A stretch of DNA of 39,036 nt from a virus (lineage: Duplodnaviria > Caudoviricetes), in the IMG/VR virus record IMGVR_UViG_3300026123_000014, positions 1 through 39,036 of that record; one strand, 5' to 3'. The notes beneath the pieces were generated by a model. The model ran no database searches and had not been told where the DNA came from. It saw only the letters and a list, made by a program, of their open reading frames with translations. The position numbers were made by a program, and so were the translations under genes. Shown here piece after piece: positions 26,557 through 36,397 of the stretch (its first letter is position 1; every line of letters starts with the position of its first letter).

Positions 26557-27000
26557 TTATCCTTGCAGGGCAATATCGTGTTGGTGAGTGCGGTAGGTCA
26601 GCCGATACGTGACGGGAATGGCGGCCGCAATGGCATCGGCATCTTCCACATCCCAATCGCAGGACTCCTCCTGCAAACTCAAAATGAGTCCACCGAGGTT
26701 ACGATCGGTAAACAGCGCCCGATGGGCTTGTGTCATCAGTTGATCGGCAAGGGTTTCGGGTGCCTGTGGCGGAACAGCGCGAGCCAAAGCCACGATTTTT
26801 ATCGTGAGTTCTCGCACCAGTCGGTCGTTGGCTTTTTGCACGATGGCTTCAGCCTCAGGAAACAGGACCAAGGCGGGACATTGCTCTCGAGTTAGGGCCA
26901 CTGTGGGTGAACGATGGACTGTGGCGCCGTTGACCGTGGCCACTGGCTCAAGAATTGTCAGCATCCTTTGCAGGATTTGTTCTCGGATCGAAATATCCAT
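26557..27000 (-). CDS. Tail terminator protein (gpU-like)
   Basis: SIREQIL...CPALVLFP...Y.LTYRT; position in the neck region. Confidence 0.65.
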   Translation of the reverse strand: MDISIREQILQRMLTILEPVATVNGATVHRSPTVALTREQCPALVLFPEAEAIVQKANDRLVRELTIKIVALARAVPPQAPETLADQLMTQAHRALFTDRNLGGLILSLQEESCDWDVEDADAIAAAIPVTYRLTYRTHQHDIALQG

Positions 27001-27002
27001 GG

Positions 27003-27335
27003 TTAAACCCTTATCAACGTAGCAATGCGTTCACCATCGCCACCCGACCGTACCTGCCGCACCTGAAAACTACGCCCATCGACCGCCACGATGGCTTGGG
27101 GTGTCAAGTCTAAAAAGGCGGTGTCTGGGTAGGTCATGGTGTACTCGGTCGATAAACTCAAGCCATCAAGAATCGACTCATCAGGTGCCCGAAAACCCAC
27201 CGCATGACTCTCCGGTGGTGGCAAGGCACCCTGGTATTCAGGGCGCTGCCACACACACGTCGACAAGAGGCCAGCACCTTCGGCAGCCCGATACAGAGCG
27301 GCTATGTGTTGCTGAATGGCCGTTGGGGCACTCAT
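27003..27335 (-). CDS. Head-tail joining protein (gpFII-like)
   Basis: 110 aa directly after the capsid gene; VDGRSFQVRQV..GDG. Confidence 0.65.
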   Translation of the reverse strand: MSAPTAIQQHIAALYRAAEGAGLLSTCVWQRPEYQGALPPPESHAVGFRAPDESILDGLSLSTEYTMTYPDTAFLDLTPQAIVAVDGRSFQVRQVRSGGDGERIATLIRV

Positions 27336-27338
27336 CGA

Positions 27339-28340
27339 TTACACCGTCAATTTGACGAGGACACCGGGGCGGTGGCACATCGGCAAGGGGTTTGACTGGG
27401 TGTGCAAGTCGGTGCCACGTTCAAACTTGCGAGGTTGCTGTTTGGCGTAGAGCTCCTGTCCCAGTGTGTTGACGGTCTCGTTGAAGTCAGCGGGCGAGAA
27501 GTAAGTACCAAAGGTGTCAATGGTTCCTGTGGGGAACGCATGGGCTTCACCAGCGGCGATAAAGCGACGCACATTGCCATCGGCATCAGTCGCCTGGCCA
27601 CGATATTCCTCGAAGGTAATACCACCAAAGGTGAAGCCGGCACGCACGTCGTTCATCAACACGATGCCTTGCTGCCAGTTCTCGTAGACCTTCTCGATCT
27701 TGGCGTGGCTGGTCAGCGCGGTGAAGAACTCGGGGGAACACAACACATGGACACGGCTCATGTACTCGCCCTTGAGGTTGTCCTCCATGTGACGCAGTAC
27801 GTCGATACACTTCTCTTTGACCTTGGTGGTCGCTGAGCCCAATTCAAAGCCGATGGTTTTGGGTGTGATATCAAACTCGTCGTAGAGATCGTACAAGGTC
27901 GAGCCGTCTGCATCGAGGATGATGCCTTTGAGAGCGCCCATACGAAGGTGCTCCAAGGTAATCGCGTGCTTGTTACGCATAGTCTCCAAATGGCGAGCCA
28001 TGACAGAAGCCAAGGCTTCCATCTCAGTTTCAGAGCCGAAGGCACGAAGCCCCATCACTTCCTCAGGCAGTACCACATCATCGTGTGGAATGTGCGGAAC
28101 CACAAAGGAACGCAATGCGCGTTTACCACGGGTACCGACCGTGCCGGGCGCCCCGGGTGGCATGGTGGGCAACAAGTTCAGGACACCGTTACGCTCTTCC
28201 ACAATGATCTGGCGGGTGCGCATCGGTTTTGACGGAAACAGGTTCAGCTCACCAACCCGACCATAGCGGTTCGGCATGATGTTGATGGCAGCGGTCATGG
28301 CCGCCATCGAGAAGGCAGGATTATCAAAAAGGTTCTGCAT
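27339..28340 (-). CDS. Major capsid protein, lambda gpE family
   Basis: 333 aa; TLEHLRMGALKG, FGGITFEEY, QSNPLP...RP motifs. Confidence 0.92.
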   Translation of the reverse strand: MQNLFDNPAFSMAAMTAAINIMPNRYGRVGELNLFPSKPMRTRQIIVEERNGVLNLLPTMPPGAPGTVGTRGKRALRSFVVPHIPHDDVVLPEEVMGLRAFGSETEMEALASVMARHLETMRNKHAITLEHLRMGALKGIILDADGSTLYDLYDEFDITPKTIGFELGSATTKVKEKCIDVLRHMEDNLKGEYMSRVHVLCSPEFFTALTSHAKIEKVYENWQQGIVLMNDVRAGFTFGGITFEEYRGQATDADGNVRRFIAAGEAHAFPTGTIDTFGTYFSPADFNETVNTLGQELYAKQQPRKFERGTDLHTQSNPLPMCHRPGVLVKLTV

Positions 28341-28354
28341 GGAATGATTCCTCG

Positions 28355-28729
28355 TTAGGCCGCTTGACGGACAAGCACGCCCGCTGCAGTGAGTTGGTTA
28401 ATGGCAATGGTTTGTTCTTCGGCGGTTATCGCCGCGGGCCAAGTCAATGCGTGGCTAGCGACAATGGCGTGACGCGCAATCAGGATGGCATCGGCTCGGT
28501 CGATGAGTGTGGCGTCGATATCAAAAGCCAACACACCGACAGCAACGGCAGCTGAGTCCACGGCGGTGGTATCAAGTGCTACAAGTTTGTCCGTGGCATC
28601 ACGGGCAACGACGGTACCGAGGGTCAGGTTCTGCCCTGCAGCCACCGTGGCAACATCGCGGGAGTACAGATTGGGGGCTTCGTATTTGAGCAGATCGCCC
28701 AAATTCATTGGTTCACGTAATGCGGCCAT
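28355..28729 (-). CDS. Head decoration protein (gpD-like)
   Basis: 124 aa; YSRD..TVAAGQNL..GTV; between protease and capsid. Confidence 0.85.
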   Translation of the reverse strand: MAALREPMNLGDLLKYEAPNLYSRDVATVAAGQNLTLGTVVARDATDKLVALDTTAVDSAAVAVGVLAFDIDATLIDRADAILIARHAIVASHALTWPAAITAEEQTIAINQLTAAGVLVRQAA

Positions 28730-28732
28730 GGG

Positions 28733-29083
28733 TTACTCCTTGTGGGTCAATTTTTGGGTGGCGGCCATCAGCAGGTTATTGGCTTCCTGACTGTGGGTAC
28801 TGGCCTCGGTGGTAATGTGCGATTGAATCTCGGGTTGCTGGGCGCGCGCTTCAATCAAGGTGGTTCGCACCTGGGCTTGGGTCATGCCACTGGCGAGGAA
28901 CTCTGCAGTGCGGTGTGGTTTGCCAGCGAGTAAGCAAAGTTCGGCAATGGCGTGCGCTTCAACACGGGTATCCAGTTGCTTGGTGGCTGTCTTGAGTGGC
29001 ACTGACATATCGGGTTGTGTTGCAGTTGGCTCTGTTGTTTCAGTAACCTCGTCGGCTACCACGGTGTCATCGGTATCGTGCAT
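28733..29083 (-). CDS. Nested in-frame scaffold protein (Nu3-like)
   Basis: AGGAG RBS 7 nt before an internal in-frame ATG (MHDTDD...) in the 3' part of the protease gene. Confidence 0.65.
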   Translation of the reverse strand: MHDTDDTVVADEVTETTEPTATQPDMSVPLKTATKQLDTRVEAHAIAELCLLAGKPHRTAEFLASGMTQAQVRTTLIEARAQQPEIQSHITTEASTHSQEANNLLMAATQKLTHKE

Positions 29084-29998
29084 AAGGCACTCCTGTGATG
29101 TTTTCTGAGAATGAAGGTTGGGAATGGTTGTTTGCGATGCAGGTGACGCGCGTGCTTTGCTATGTAGTGCTTTTGTCGCCTTGAGTGTTTCGGCAAACGC
29201 AACCAAGGTCTGTTCAAATGTACCGACGTCATCGGCTAGGCCCGCCTCAATGGCGTTGTCACCAAAGAACAGACTGGCTTCGGTACCAATCACTTTCTTA
29301 GGATCAAGGCTTCGCATCTCGGCCACCTGAGAGACAAACATCCCGTACAGCCGATCGACTTCGCTTTGCAGTGCATCATGGGCCGACTCGGTTAGTGGCT
29401 GATGAGGTGACAAATCGTTCTTGTGGCTTCCGGCGTAAATCGCGGTATAGGTCAGGCCTTCTTTGGCATCGTGTTGTGATTGATCAACATGAAGGGCAAT
29501 GACCCCGATCGAACCGACCCCAGCGGTTTTGGATAAGGTGATGCGGTTAGCGGATGCAGCGATGGCATAGGCGGCCGAAAACGCGGAGTCATTAGCATGT
29601 GCCCAGACGGGTTTAGCCTCAGAGGCATTACGAATGTGCTCGGCTAACTCAAAGACCCCCGAAGCTTCACCGCCTGGTGAGTCGATGTCCAAAAGAATGC
29701 CATCGACGTTGGGGTCAGCTAATGCGACATCAATGTCATCAGCGATTTGTGCGTAAGACGTCAGCCCCGATGCTGCTTCTAACCCTAATGTGCGTTTGAC
29801 CAAGGTGCCGTAGACCGGAATCACCGCAATGCCAGGTTGAATGGGTTTAGCTGCTCGTGTAGGTGGCAGAGCCACTTTGGTTTGTGTGTCGGGCAATCCT
29901 AATCGTGGACCCAGTACCGATAAAATAACGTCCAGTTTTGGACGGGCGATCAGAAGCGGCGTACCGAATAATCGGGACGCTAAATGAATGAGTGGCAT
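28733..29998 (-). CDS. Prohead protease, S49 family (gpC-like)
   Basis: LDIDSPGG, AFSAAYAIAA and VGSIGV motifs. Confidence 0.92.
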   Translation of the reverse strand: MPLIHLASRLFGTPLLIARPKLDVILSVLGPRLGLPDTQTKVALPPTRAAKPIQPGIAVIPVYGTLVKRTLGLEAASGLTSYAQIADDIDVALADPNVDGILLDIDSPGGEASGVFELAEHIRNASEAKPVWAHANDSAFSAAYAIAASANRITLSKTAGVGSIGVIALHVDQSQHDAKEGLTYTAIYAGSHKNDLSPHQPLTESAHDALQSEVDRLYGMFVSQVAEMRSLDPKKVIGTEASLFFGDNAIEAGLADDVGTFEQTLVAFAETLKATKALHSKARASPASQTTIPNLHSQKTSQECLMHDTDDTVVADEVTETTEPTATQPDMSVPLKTATKQLDTRVEAHAIAELCLLAGKPHRTAEFLASGMTQAQVRTTLIEARAQQPEIQSHITTEASTHSQEANNLLMAATQKLTHKE

Positions 29999-30006
29999 GG
30001 TGTGTC

Positions 30007-31491
30007 CTAAGGTGTAGTGGTGTTATCGCGATTGCCGCGACGATTCGCGTCTTGGCGCGGGTCTGAGTCAAACATCAGTTCCAGATCATCCGCGCGTTGG
30101 TTGTCAGCGGCGATTTCTTGATCAATGTCTTCGGCGTCATAACCGAAGGCGGAGATCGCCTCGGAGCGACTCATGAGACCCGCCCGAATGGCCGTTAGCA
30201 TGGCATCAAATTCTTTCTTGGGATCCACCCACTGCCAGCCTTGCGGGATCCATTTCACCATCTGATAAGAATGTGGTTGGTCGGCGTACTTGGCGAGATT
30301 GAGCTTGCCTTCTAATACTGCTTGGTTCATCCACGCCTTCCAGATTGGGCGACAGAGTTGATGCACAATCACGCTGTGTTGGATCGACTCGCAACGCCTG
30401 CGAAACTCAAGAAGCCCTGCGCGAATCGAGGAGTAGTTCACCTGTGTCAGATCACCGGTGAGCATTTCATAGGTGATGCCCATAGCGGCTGCTACTGCCC
30501 GAAACTGATTGCGTAGAAAGTCCGAGTAGGATGCACCGACATCAGCGGGTTGGCTGAATTTGATGTCTTCGCCAGGCTCGAGGATTTGCATGGTGCCAGG
30601 CTCAAGACCAGCCAAAGCAGCGCCGTGGGCGTCCGGTAATCCTTCGCCTAGGAGATTGTCCTCGGGGCTCATGCGGGTGATAAAGCCTGCAAACATGGCT
30701 GCAGTTTTCTTGCGCACCAACTCGGCATCATCGTATTGGTCTAGTTCATTGAGTTTGACCAAGGCTCGCGCTAACCACGGTTCACCGCGGATTTGTCCGG
30801 GACGCAGTGGTCGGTAGAGATGTATGATTTCATCTGCCTTAACTCGCACGGTATCGATGCTGGTGTTACGGTTTCCCGCACCAGACATCGGCGCCAACGT
30901 ACCGTCGCCAGGATGCAATTTGTAAAGGTGATAGGCCACGCGTCGACCGATTTTGTCGAACTCAATGCCGGCACGAATCACATTACCTGAGGGCAGATCT
31001 TTATTGAGATTGATCGGTAAATGCTCGGGCTCAAGTAACTGTAACTGCAGTCCCACCGGCAAGCCATCTTTTTCCTGTCGGTAACGCAGTCGGATCAGGC
31101 ATTCTCCGCCTTCCAACATGGCGCGACAGGCGAGACTTTGTAGACCGTAAAAGTCGGTGAGGCCGGCGCTGTCAGCTTCCTCACACCAACTCCACCATAG
31201 TGCATGGATGCTCTCACGCACGGTGTTATCTTTGTGCATGGATTGGGGCTTGATGCCAGTACCGATGGCATTTGCCACAAAGGCTTCTACACCAGCGGCC
31301 GCCCAAGGATTACGGCGTACTAGATCGCGACTTTTAGCGCGCAGTTCATTCTGGCTGAATGTGAGTGCAGCGACGGCACCGGGATTGCCGACGAGCCATG
31401 AGAGTGAACGCCTGCCACCACCCACGCCATCGTAGGTCGGTGTGGTCTTGCCGCCAAACAGGCCTTTGCGGATAGTCTTAAACCACGCCAC
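30007..31491 (-). CDS. Portal protein, lambda family (gpB-like)
   Basis: RAKSRDLVRRN, RPGQIRGEPW, GITYEMLTGD..VNYSSIRAG and WVDPKKE motifs. Confidence 0.95.
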   Translation of the reverse strand: MAWFKTIRKGLFGGKTTPTYDGVGGGRRSLSWLVGNPGAVAALTFSQNELRAKSRDLVRRNPWAAAGVEAFVANAIGTGIKPQSMHKDNTVRESIHALWWSWCEEADSAGLTDFYGLQSLACRAMLEGGECLIRLRYRQEKDGLPVGLQLQLLEPEHLPINLNKDLPSGNVIRAGIEFDKIGRRVAYHLYKLHPGDGTLAPMSGAGNRNTSIDTVRVKADEIIHLYRPLRPGQIRGEPWLARALVKLNELDQYDDAELVRKKTAAMFAGFITRMSPEDNLLGEGLPDAHGAALAGLEPGTMQILEPGEDIKFSQPADVGASYSDFLRNQFRAVAAAMGITYEMLTGDLTQVNYSSIRAGLLEFRRRCESIQHSVIVHQLCRPIWKAWMNQAVLEGKLNLAKYADQPHSYQMVKWIPQGWQWVDPKKEFDAMLTAIRAGLMSRSEAISAFGYDAEDIDQEIAADNQRADDLELMFDSDPRQDANRRGNRDNTTTP

Positions 31492-31493
31492 TA

Positions 31494-31715
31494 CTAGAAT
31501 CCCTTACTGCTAGTAAGGCGGATTTGTCGAGGCGAGCCGGGCCACAAACCTGTTTCTTCAGCTTGTTTCAACAGACCCTTACGTACGGTTTGGATGGCTG
31601 CCTGCAGTTCATCGACCGTGCGGTATTCGATGGTTTTGTCTTGAAACGTGACGCGACGTTCGCCCGTGGCAAGGGCGCGTTCCAGTGCTTCGAGTTGTTC
31701 TTGTGAGTAGGCCAT
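31494..31715 (-). CDS. Head completion protein (gpW-like)
   Basis: 73 aa; LEALERALATGERRV.F.DKTIEYR. Confidence 0.85.
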   Translation of the reverse strand: MAYSQEQLEALERALATGERRVTFQDKTIEYRTVDELQAAIQTVRKGLLKQAEETGLWPGSPRQIRLTSSKGF

Positions 31716-32107
31716 CAGTGAAATACCACGAGATTGATTTCGCTGGAGTCGTCAAAGGAGGCCGTGCTGCTGGCCACAATCAGATCGACGAATTGGGTCG
31801 TTTTTTGGTCGGCAGTTGCGCGCACGATGGCGATCTGCTGTTGGCCGTTGTCTCGTGCGCTTCGAGCGGTGGCAGTAAAGCAGTAATTCGCATCAGGCAT
31901 CGGCTGGGTGAAGTTGACGCGGTAACGACCCTTGTCCAAACGCGTCACGCTCGCGACATTGAAAGCCCGGCGGATAAGCATTTGGGTATCGACTGCACCA
32001 AAGCACACCCACGCCTTAGCCACACCGGGGTGTGAAGCGGTGATCTTGCTTTTTACCTCAGTACCAATACGTGAGGTCAGTGATGCGATCCGCGCGACCA
32101 GATTCAT
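31715..32107 (-). CDS. Fibre tip-like protein
   Basis: AKAWVCF...FNVASVTRL..GRYRVNF..PMPDANY resembles fibre C-terminal modules. Confidence 0.6.
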   Translation of the reverse strand: MNLVARIASLTSRIGTEVKSKITASHPGVAKAWVCFGAVDTQMLIRRAFNVASVTRLDKGRYRVNFTQPMPDANYCFTATARSARDNGQQQIAIVRATADQKTTQFVDLIVASSTASFDDSSEINLVVFH

Positions 32108-32598
32108 TAGGTCAACGACGCCTCAAAGATCACTACGAAGTCGGTATCGGTATTCCCCACATCGCTGGCTGCTATGGCACCGATATTGGTACGAACCAAG
32201 GCCTGTTCTTCTGCCGTTAACGTTTGTGCCGCGTCAAAGCGAACGCGCTTATTGATCGACGCCAACAAGGCATCGAGACCGGTGGTTCCGTCTTGCAGTA
32301 ATTGTTGAATCTCAAGCAGCGTATCGTAGGCTGCATCGGCGCCACCCAAGATTTCGGCCTTGAGGGCGTCCAGCAGTGTGACGATTTTGGATGAAGAGTA
32401 AGTGGTACTGAGATCAACATTGGCATCGTCGATACTGGTTAGCGTACCTAGCGCGGTTTGCAGCTCGTTGATCGCTGACACTAGGCTGGTCTTGTCAGTG
32501 GTCGTCAGGCTCGCGAGACTGCCGGTTTTGCTGTTGATGGCGTTGAACTCTTGGGCGAGCCGAACCACCAAACTCTCAATGCGGGTTTGTAAACTCAT
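32107..32598 (-). CDS. Coiled-coil fibre/whisker-like protein
   Basis: L.TTDKTSLVSAINEL, TYSS.KI, GADAAYDTLLEI and AQTLT..EQ...RTNIGA fibre-type motifs. Confidence 0.6.
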   Translation of the reverse strand: MSLQTRIESLVVRLAQEFNAINSKTGSLASLTTTDKTSLVSAINELQTALGTLTSIDDANVDLSTTYSSSKIVTLLDALKAEILGGADAAYDTLLEIQQLLQDGTTGLDALLASINKRVRFDAAQTLTAEEQALVRTNIGAIAASDVGNTDTDFVVIFEASLT

Positions 32599-32625
32599 GG
32601 GGTTTTCCTTTAACGATGAAATGAA

Positions 32626-34587
32626 TTAGGTCAGCCAGCGGCTTCGCACGACTTTACGAGGTTGCCTTGGGATTTTGTTGCTGGTGGCCTGTGTGTTGTC
32701 GACGCTCGTTTCCACTTCCAGTGTCTGGACTTCGATCTCTTGCGGCTTGTGCCGGATGCCTAGTTGCAATTCCAGTTCCGCCCAGTGGCGTTCTTCGAAC
32801 CGGTCCAGACCTGCCGAGGTAGCCGCAGCTCTGGCGTAGACATAACAGTCCAATGCTTCGTTGCGCTCGCGCATCTTTTGCCATTCGCGTTTGGCGAAGC
32901 CGTTGCGATCACGCTTGGTCACCAATTGCTCGGCACACAGCTGTTGCAGATACTCGGCATCAACCTTGGGTAGATGGACATAGCCATCGGGGTAAGTGAG
33001 TTCACCCGTACCCTCGTCGATGTCAGGCGTTTTCCGTAGATTGTTGTAGAGCTCCAACTTGGCAATGCCACCTGCTACCGGAAACACCTTTACGCCACGG
33101 CGCAGTTTTTTGCCACTCTGGTTAGCATCCACTGCTGATGGTGTGCCGATCAGCGCTGCACCTCTGGGCACCCCTTTAATGGGAATGACCTTGGGGTTAC
33201 GCAGCTTGCGCACAAAACTGTAGGCCTCTTGGGTAGCAAAACCGGTATCAATGGCCAATCGTTTCAGGTCGATGAGATTGCCGCTGCTGTGGGTCCAACG
33301 CTCGCTGAGTAGTTGGCCCAGTTCCGACCACACTTCGCTGCGTGCGGTATCGCCCATCAGAATACGGTGCTCGACTAACCAACTCGCCTTGTTGCGCCCG
33401 AATGCCCAAACGGACACCTCGATGCGATCTTTTTGGATATCGGCACCGGCGGTCAATAATATGCCGCCCTCTGGAATGGTGCCGATTCGATAGTCCTCCC
33501 GACGCTCAAGCAAACGCTGCCAGTCGGGGGATTCACCTTCTTCAACCCAGGTCTCCCCGAGTTCGGTGTTTTTAAAGGTTTTGATGGCTGAGGTTGAGCC
33601 TGTTTCCTTGTGGATGGCGCTTTCCCAACTTGCAGCGATGTCTCTCCAGCTGCGCCAGCCGACAGGACTGTATAGCGATGAGAGGTGGAATCCCATTGTC
33701 TTGTGACCATTTTGGGGTGCCAGTGCTGTCCATTCACCGTTCTCAAGCATCCATGTTTTGTGATGCTCTTGGATAGGCTTTTCACAAGAATCGCAAATGT
33801 AAGCTACGGTCTCAGGCGAGCCTCTGTCCCAACGTAGTCGTTCGAACTGCAGCCACTGCTTACTCTGACAATGTGGACACGGTACAAAATAGCGTTGTTG
33901 ATTAGATGCATTGTATTCACGCTCAATGGCACTGCAGCCTGCTATCGTTGGTGTTGATACGATGAAAATTTTACGCCGTGAAAATGTGCGCGTTCTTGCC
34001 TCTGCTAGTGAGATCGCATCGCCTTCACCTTCTACATCGATTGGATAACCATCCACTTCGTCCAAAAACAAAAAACGTACGGGCATGGATCGAAGTCCAA
34101 CTGCACTATTGGCACCCGTCATGGTGAGAACACCGCCCCTGAATTCTTTGGAGAGAATTGTGTTGCCTGCATCTCGACTTCTTGCGGGGGCAATCAGTTC
34201 ACGTAGGACTGGGGACTCTTCAATTAACGGGTCTATACGCTGCTTGGAATTGCGTTTAGCCATATCAACCGTGGGCCAGACAGCCATCATGGGACCCGGT
34301 GAATGGTGTATGACATAGCCGATCATGTTAGAGCCTGCCTCGGTGGCACCAATTTGTGCGCCCTTCATAAACACCACACGCTCTACTGGCGATGCTGCGG
34401 ATAAGCAGTCCATGATCTTTTTTAAATAAGGTGTGCGCTGTGTTCTCCAGCGACCAGGTTCTGCAGATGCTTTACTCGATAGAAAACGATGTTGATCAGA
34501 CCACTCGGATACAGTTAACACTGGATCTGGCATGAGTCCATCACGCCATGCTTTTTCGATTTCATCTGCGCCGTCGTAAAAATCCAT
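32626..34587 (-). CDS. Terminase large subunit, GpA family
   Basis: Walker A KGAQIGATE, Walker B FLFLDEVD, STPT, CPHC...CDSC, and RNEALDCYVYA nuclease motif. Confidence 0.96.
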   Translation of the reverse strand: MDFYDGADEIEKAWRDGLMPDPVLTVSEWSDQHRFLSSKASAEPGRWRTQRTPYLKKIMDCLSAASPVERVVFMKGAQIGATEAGSNMIGYVIHHSPGPMMAVWPTVDMAKRNSKQRIDPLIEESPVLRELIAPARSRDAGNTILSKEFRGGVLTMTGANSAVGLRSMPVRFLFLDEVDGYPIDVEGEGDAISLAEARTRTFSRRKIFIVSTPTIAGCSAIEREYNASNQQRYFVPCPHCQSKQWLQFERLRWDRGSPETVAYICDSCEKPIQEHHKTWMLENGEWTALAPQNGHKTMGFHLSSLYSPVGWRSWRDIAASWESAIHKETGSTSAIKTFKNTELGETWVEEGESPDWQRLLERREDYRIGTIPEGGILLTAGADIQKDRIEVSVWAFGRNKASWLVEHRILMGDTARSEVWSELGQLLSERWTHSSGNLIDLKRLAIDTGFATQEAYSFVRKLRNPKVIPIKGVPRGAALIGTPSAVDANQSGKKLRRGVKVFPVAGGIAKLELYNNLRKTPDIDEGTGELTYPDGYVHLPKVDAEYLQQLCAEQLVTKRDRNGFAKREWQKMRERNEALDCYVYARAAATSAGLDRFEERHWAELELQLGIRHKPQEIEVQTLEVETSVDNTQATSNKIPRQPRKVVRSRWLT

Positions 34588-35139
34588 CTAGTCGATCCTC
34601 AGACGAATATCACCTAACTCTTTCAGGTGGTCCCGAACCACTGATTCAAGGGTGACGTGCATCAGGTGTGGATCCACACCAAGCTCTGCGGCCATTTGCG
34701 AAGAAACGCGCGCTGGCCAGTTCAACCATGCATCACGTTCGGCTCGCGCAAGTTTGAATACATGGGCAACCGCTTGCGAGCGATCGACCAGTTCACCTTT
34801 GAGCTGTGCCAGCCGGATCTTGTTGGTCTGCGCTTTGACGACCTCATTGGCCGTGCGGGCCTGTACCAGTGATGTACTTGTCGATGGCGTACCCACGAAT
34901 GGCTCTGCGGGTTCCTGAGTGCGCATGACGGCCGGTGAGGGTTTGGGTGACTTAACTGCGTTCTCGGTCGCCGCCTTGCTACGCGGTGTTGTTGTGTTTT
35001 GAGCCCACTCTCGGTCGGCTGTTTCGGGGTCGATGGTGCCATCGGACAGCGGTGAAATTCGGCCAGTGTCGATGGCCTTTTTGACCGCTACATGCGACAC
35101 GCCGCGATGGCGCGCATAGGCCCGTATGGAAATTCCCAT
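34588..35139 (-). CDS. Terminase small subunit (Nu1-like, N-terminal HTH)
   Basis: MGISIRAYARHRGVSHVAVKKAI HTH; GELVD...ERDAWLNWPAR; abuts TerL. Confidence 0.85.
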   Translation of the reverse strand: MGISIRAYARHRGVSHVAVKKAIDTGRISPLSDGTIDPETADREWAQNTTTPRSKAATENAVKSPKPSPAVMRTQEPAEPFVGTPSTSTSLVQARTANEVVKAQTNKIRLAQLKGELVDRSQAVAHVFKLARAERDAWLNWPARVSSQMAAELGVDPHLMHVTLESVVRDHLKELGDIRLRID

Positions 35140-35248
35140 AGACCTGTCCAACTGTGTTGTTGATTAAAAATTAAGCAGGATTGAGTTGATAAACATCCCT
35201 AAGGAAGCGTACATGTCATCACGTTAAGCAGATCACGGAGTAGCCAAC

Positions 35249-35461
35249 ATGACCAATAAAGACCAAGCCCTGAACGCCTTCCTAGCCCGTAAACATCACA
35301 TCGACGCGATGCTAAAGCGTCTGCAAGATGCCAGCGACAATCATTTTGATACGGATCCTGACAAGGTCACCTGGGGTGACGCTGGATCGCTTGGCTACAT
35401 CGAGGAGCAACTGCAAATCATTGTCGACTTTATCTTCGGTGAAGGCGAGCACGCTGAGTAA
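35249..35461 (+). CDS. Small phage hypothetical protein
   Basis: Good RBS (GGAG); 70 aa; HF...PD.VTWGD.GSL. Confidence 0.75.
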   Translation: MTNKDQALNAFLARKHHIDAMLKRLQDASDNHFDTDPDKVTWGDAGSLGYIEEQLQIIVDFIFGEGEHAE

Positions 35462-35494
35462 ATCAACGCACTATCCACTAACGGAGTATCAACT

Positions 35495-35773
35495 ATGTCA
35501 CTCAAGAAAATACCCACATTGTCCCAGCCCGAGATCGACCTACTGCTCGAGTTTATCGCGCAAGAACACTTGGCGATCGAGTCGCTTGAAACACGTAACA
35601 GCGATAGCCTCGATTTCCACGAAGTCAGTGTTTGGAGCCTTAAGCAAGCGTTACTCGCCGCCTTTGATGCAGGGCGTCGCGCCGATCGGCGGATGACTAA
35701 GCCATGCACCAATAAGTCCGGCCCGCTGACGCCTGTCGCGCAGGTTGCGCCGGCTTCGACGATGTTTATGTGA
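35495..35773 (+). CDS. DUF6900-like protein
   Basis: IAQEHL.IESLETRNSDSLDFHEVSVW.LKQAL.AAF.AG motif; GGAG RBS. Confidence 0.75.
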   Translation: MSLKKIPTLSQPEIDLLLEFIAQEHLAIESLETRNSDSLDFHEVSVWSLKQALLAAFDAGRRADRRMTKPCTNKSGPLTPVAQVAPASTMFM

Positions 35774-35781
35774 GGTGCCTG

Positions 35782-36078
35782 ATGTCTGATTTAAGAAAAT
35801 TTGATGTCGATGATATTCCGGTGTTTGTTCAACCGAAATCGCTAAAGCCAACCAAAACATCCAAGTCCAAGAGCAAACAACAGCAGTTGATTGCCCTACT
35901 CGAGCGGCCCGAAGGAGCGAGTATTGCCGAGCTCATGGCCGCCACCGGCTGGCAACAACACACGGTTCGAGGCGCGATGTCAGGCACCCTCAAGAAGCGA
36001 CTCGGTTTGCAGATTGAGTCGGTTAAAACCGAGGGCGCTGATCGCACCTACCGCATCCTCAAATCACCGGGAGAGTAA
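35782..36078 (+). CDS. DUF3489-like winged-helix protein
   Basis: SKQ..LIALL.RPEGASIAELMAATGWQ.HTVRGA.SG.LKK.LGL motif; GAGG RBS. Confidence 0.82.
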   Translation: MSDLRKFDVDDIPVFVQPKSLKPTKTSKSKSKQQQLIALLERPEGASIAELMAATGWQQHTVRGAMSGTLKKRLGLQIESVKTEGADRTYRILKSPGE

Positions 36079-36080
36079 CC

Positions 36081-36395
36081 ATGAATGCCTTTCTTAAAAC
36101 TGAGATTACTGATCCCTTACTCAGTGCCGGAATAGCGGCACTGATTGAACTGATGCCGAGCTTTGCCACGGTCGATTCGCCGACTAAACAGCGGGTCTAT
36201 CAAGCTTTGCAGGCTGAGTTACCTGATTTGATTGTGTCACTTCGGTATGACCTAAAACTGGGTGAGTGTGTTTACCGAGCCGGTTGGCATAATGCGGTGC
36301 TGCGGTTGGCACTGGCCGGGATGCAAGAACTCTACTGTATTGACATAGTAATGCGATTGCATTACCTTTTATTCAATAGATACATTACGGAGTAA
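36081..36395 (+). CDS. Hypothetical protein
   Basis: GGAG RBS, starts just after the upstream stop; 3' end overlaps the TA promoter. Confidence 0.55.
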   Translation: MNAFLKTEITDPLLSAGIAALIELMPSFATVDSPTKQRVYQALQAELPDLIVSLRYDLKLGECVYRAGWHNAVLRLALAGMQELYCIDIVMRLHYLLFNRYITE

Positions 36396-36397
36396 TG
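36340..36397 (+). promoter_or_regulatory. Sigma70-type promoter and palindromic operator of prlF-yhaV
   Basis: TTGACA (36340-45), 17 bp, TACCTT (36363-68); inverted repeat GTAATGC-GATT-GCATTAC (36348-65); second CATTAC-GGA-GTAATG (36383-97) over the RBS. Confidence 0.7.

Noticed and set aside
7000-35000. Numerous short plus-strand and alternate-frame ORFs in the phage region
   Set aside because: They are shadows of well-supported minus-strand genes and have no recognisable motifs
7798-35139. Tailocin, contractile injection system or T6SS delivering the Rhs toxins
   Set aside because: Full head and packaging genes are present with no sheath, VgrG or PAAR; this is a non-contractile tailed phage, and the toxins have no visible virion-targeting domain
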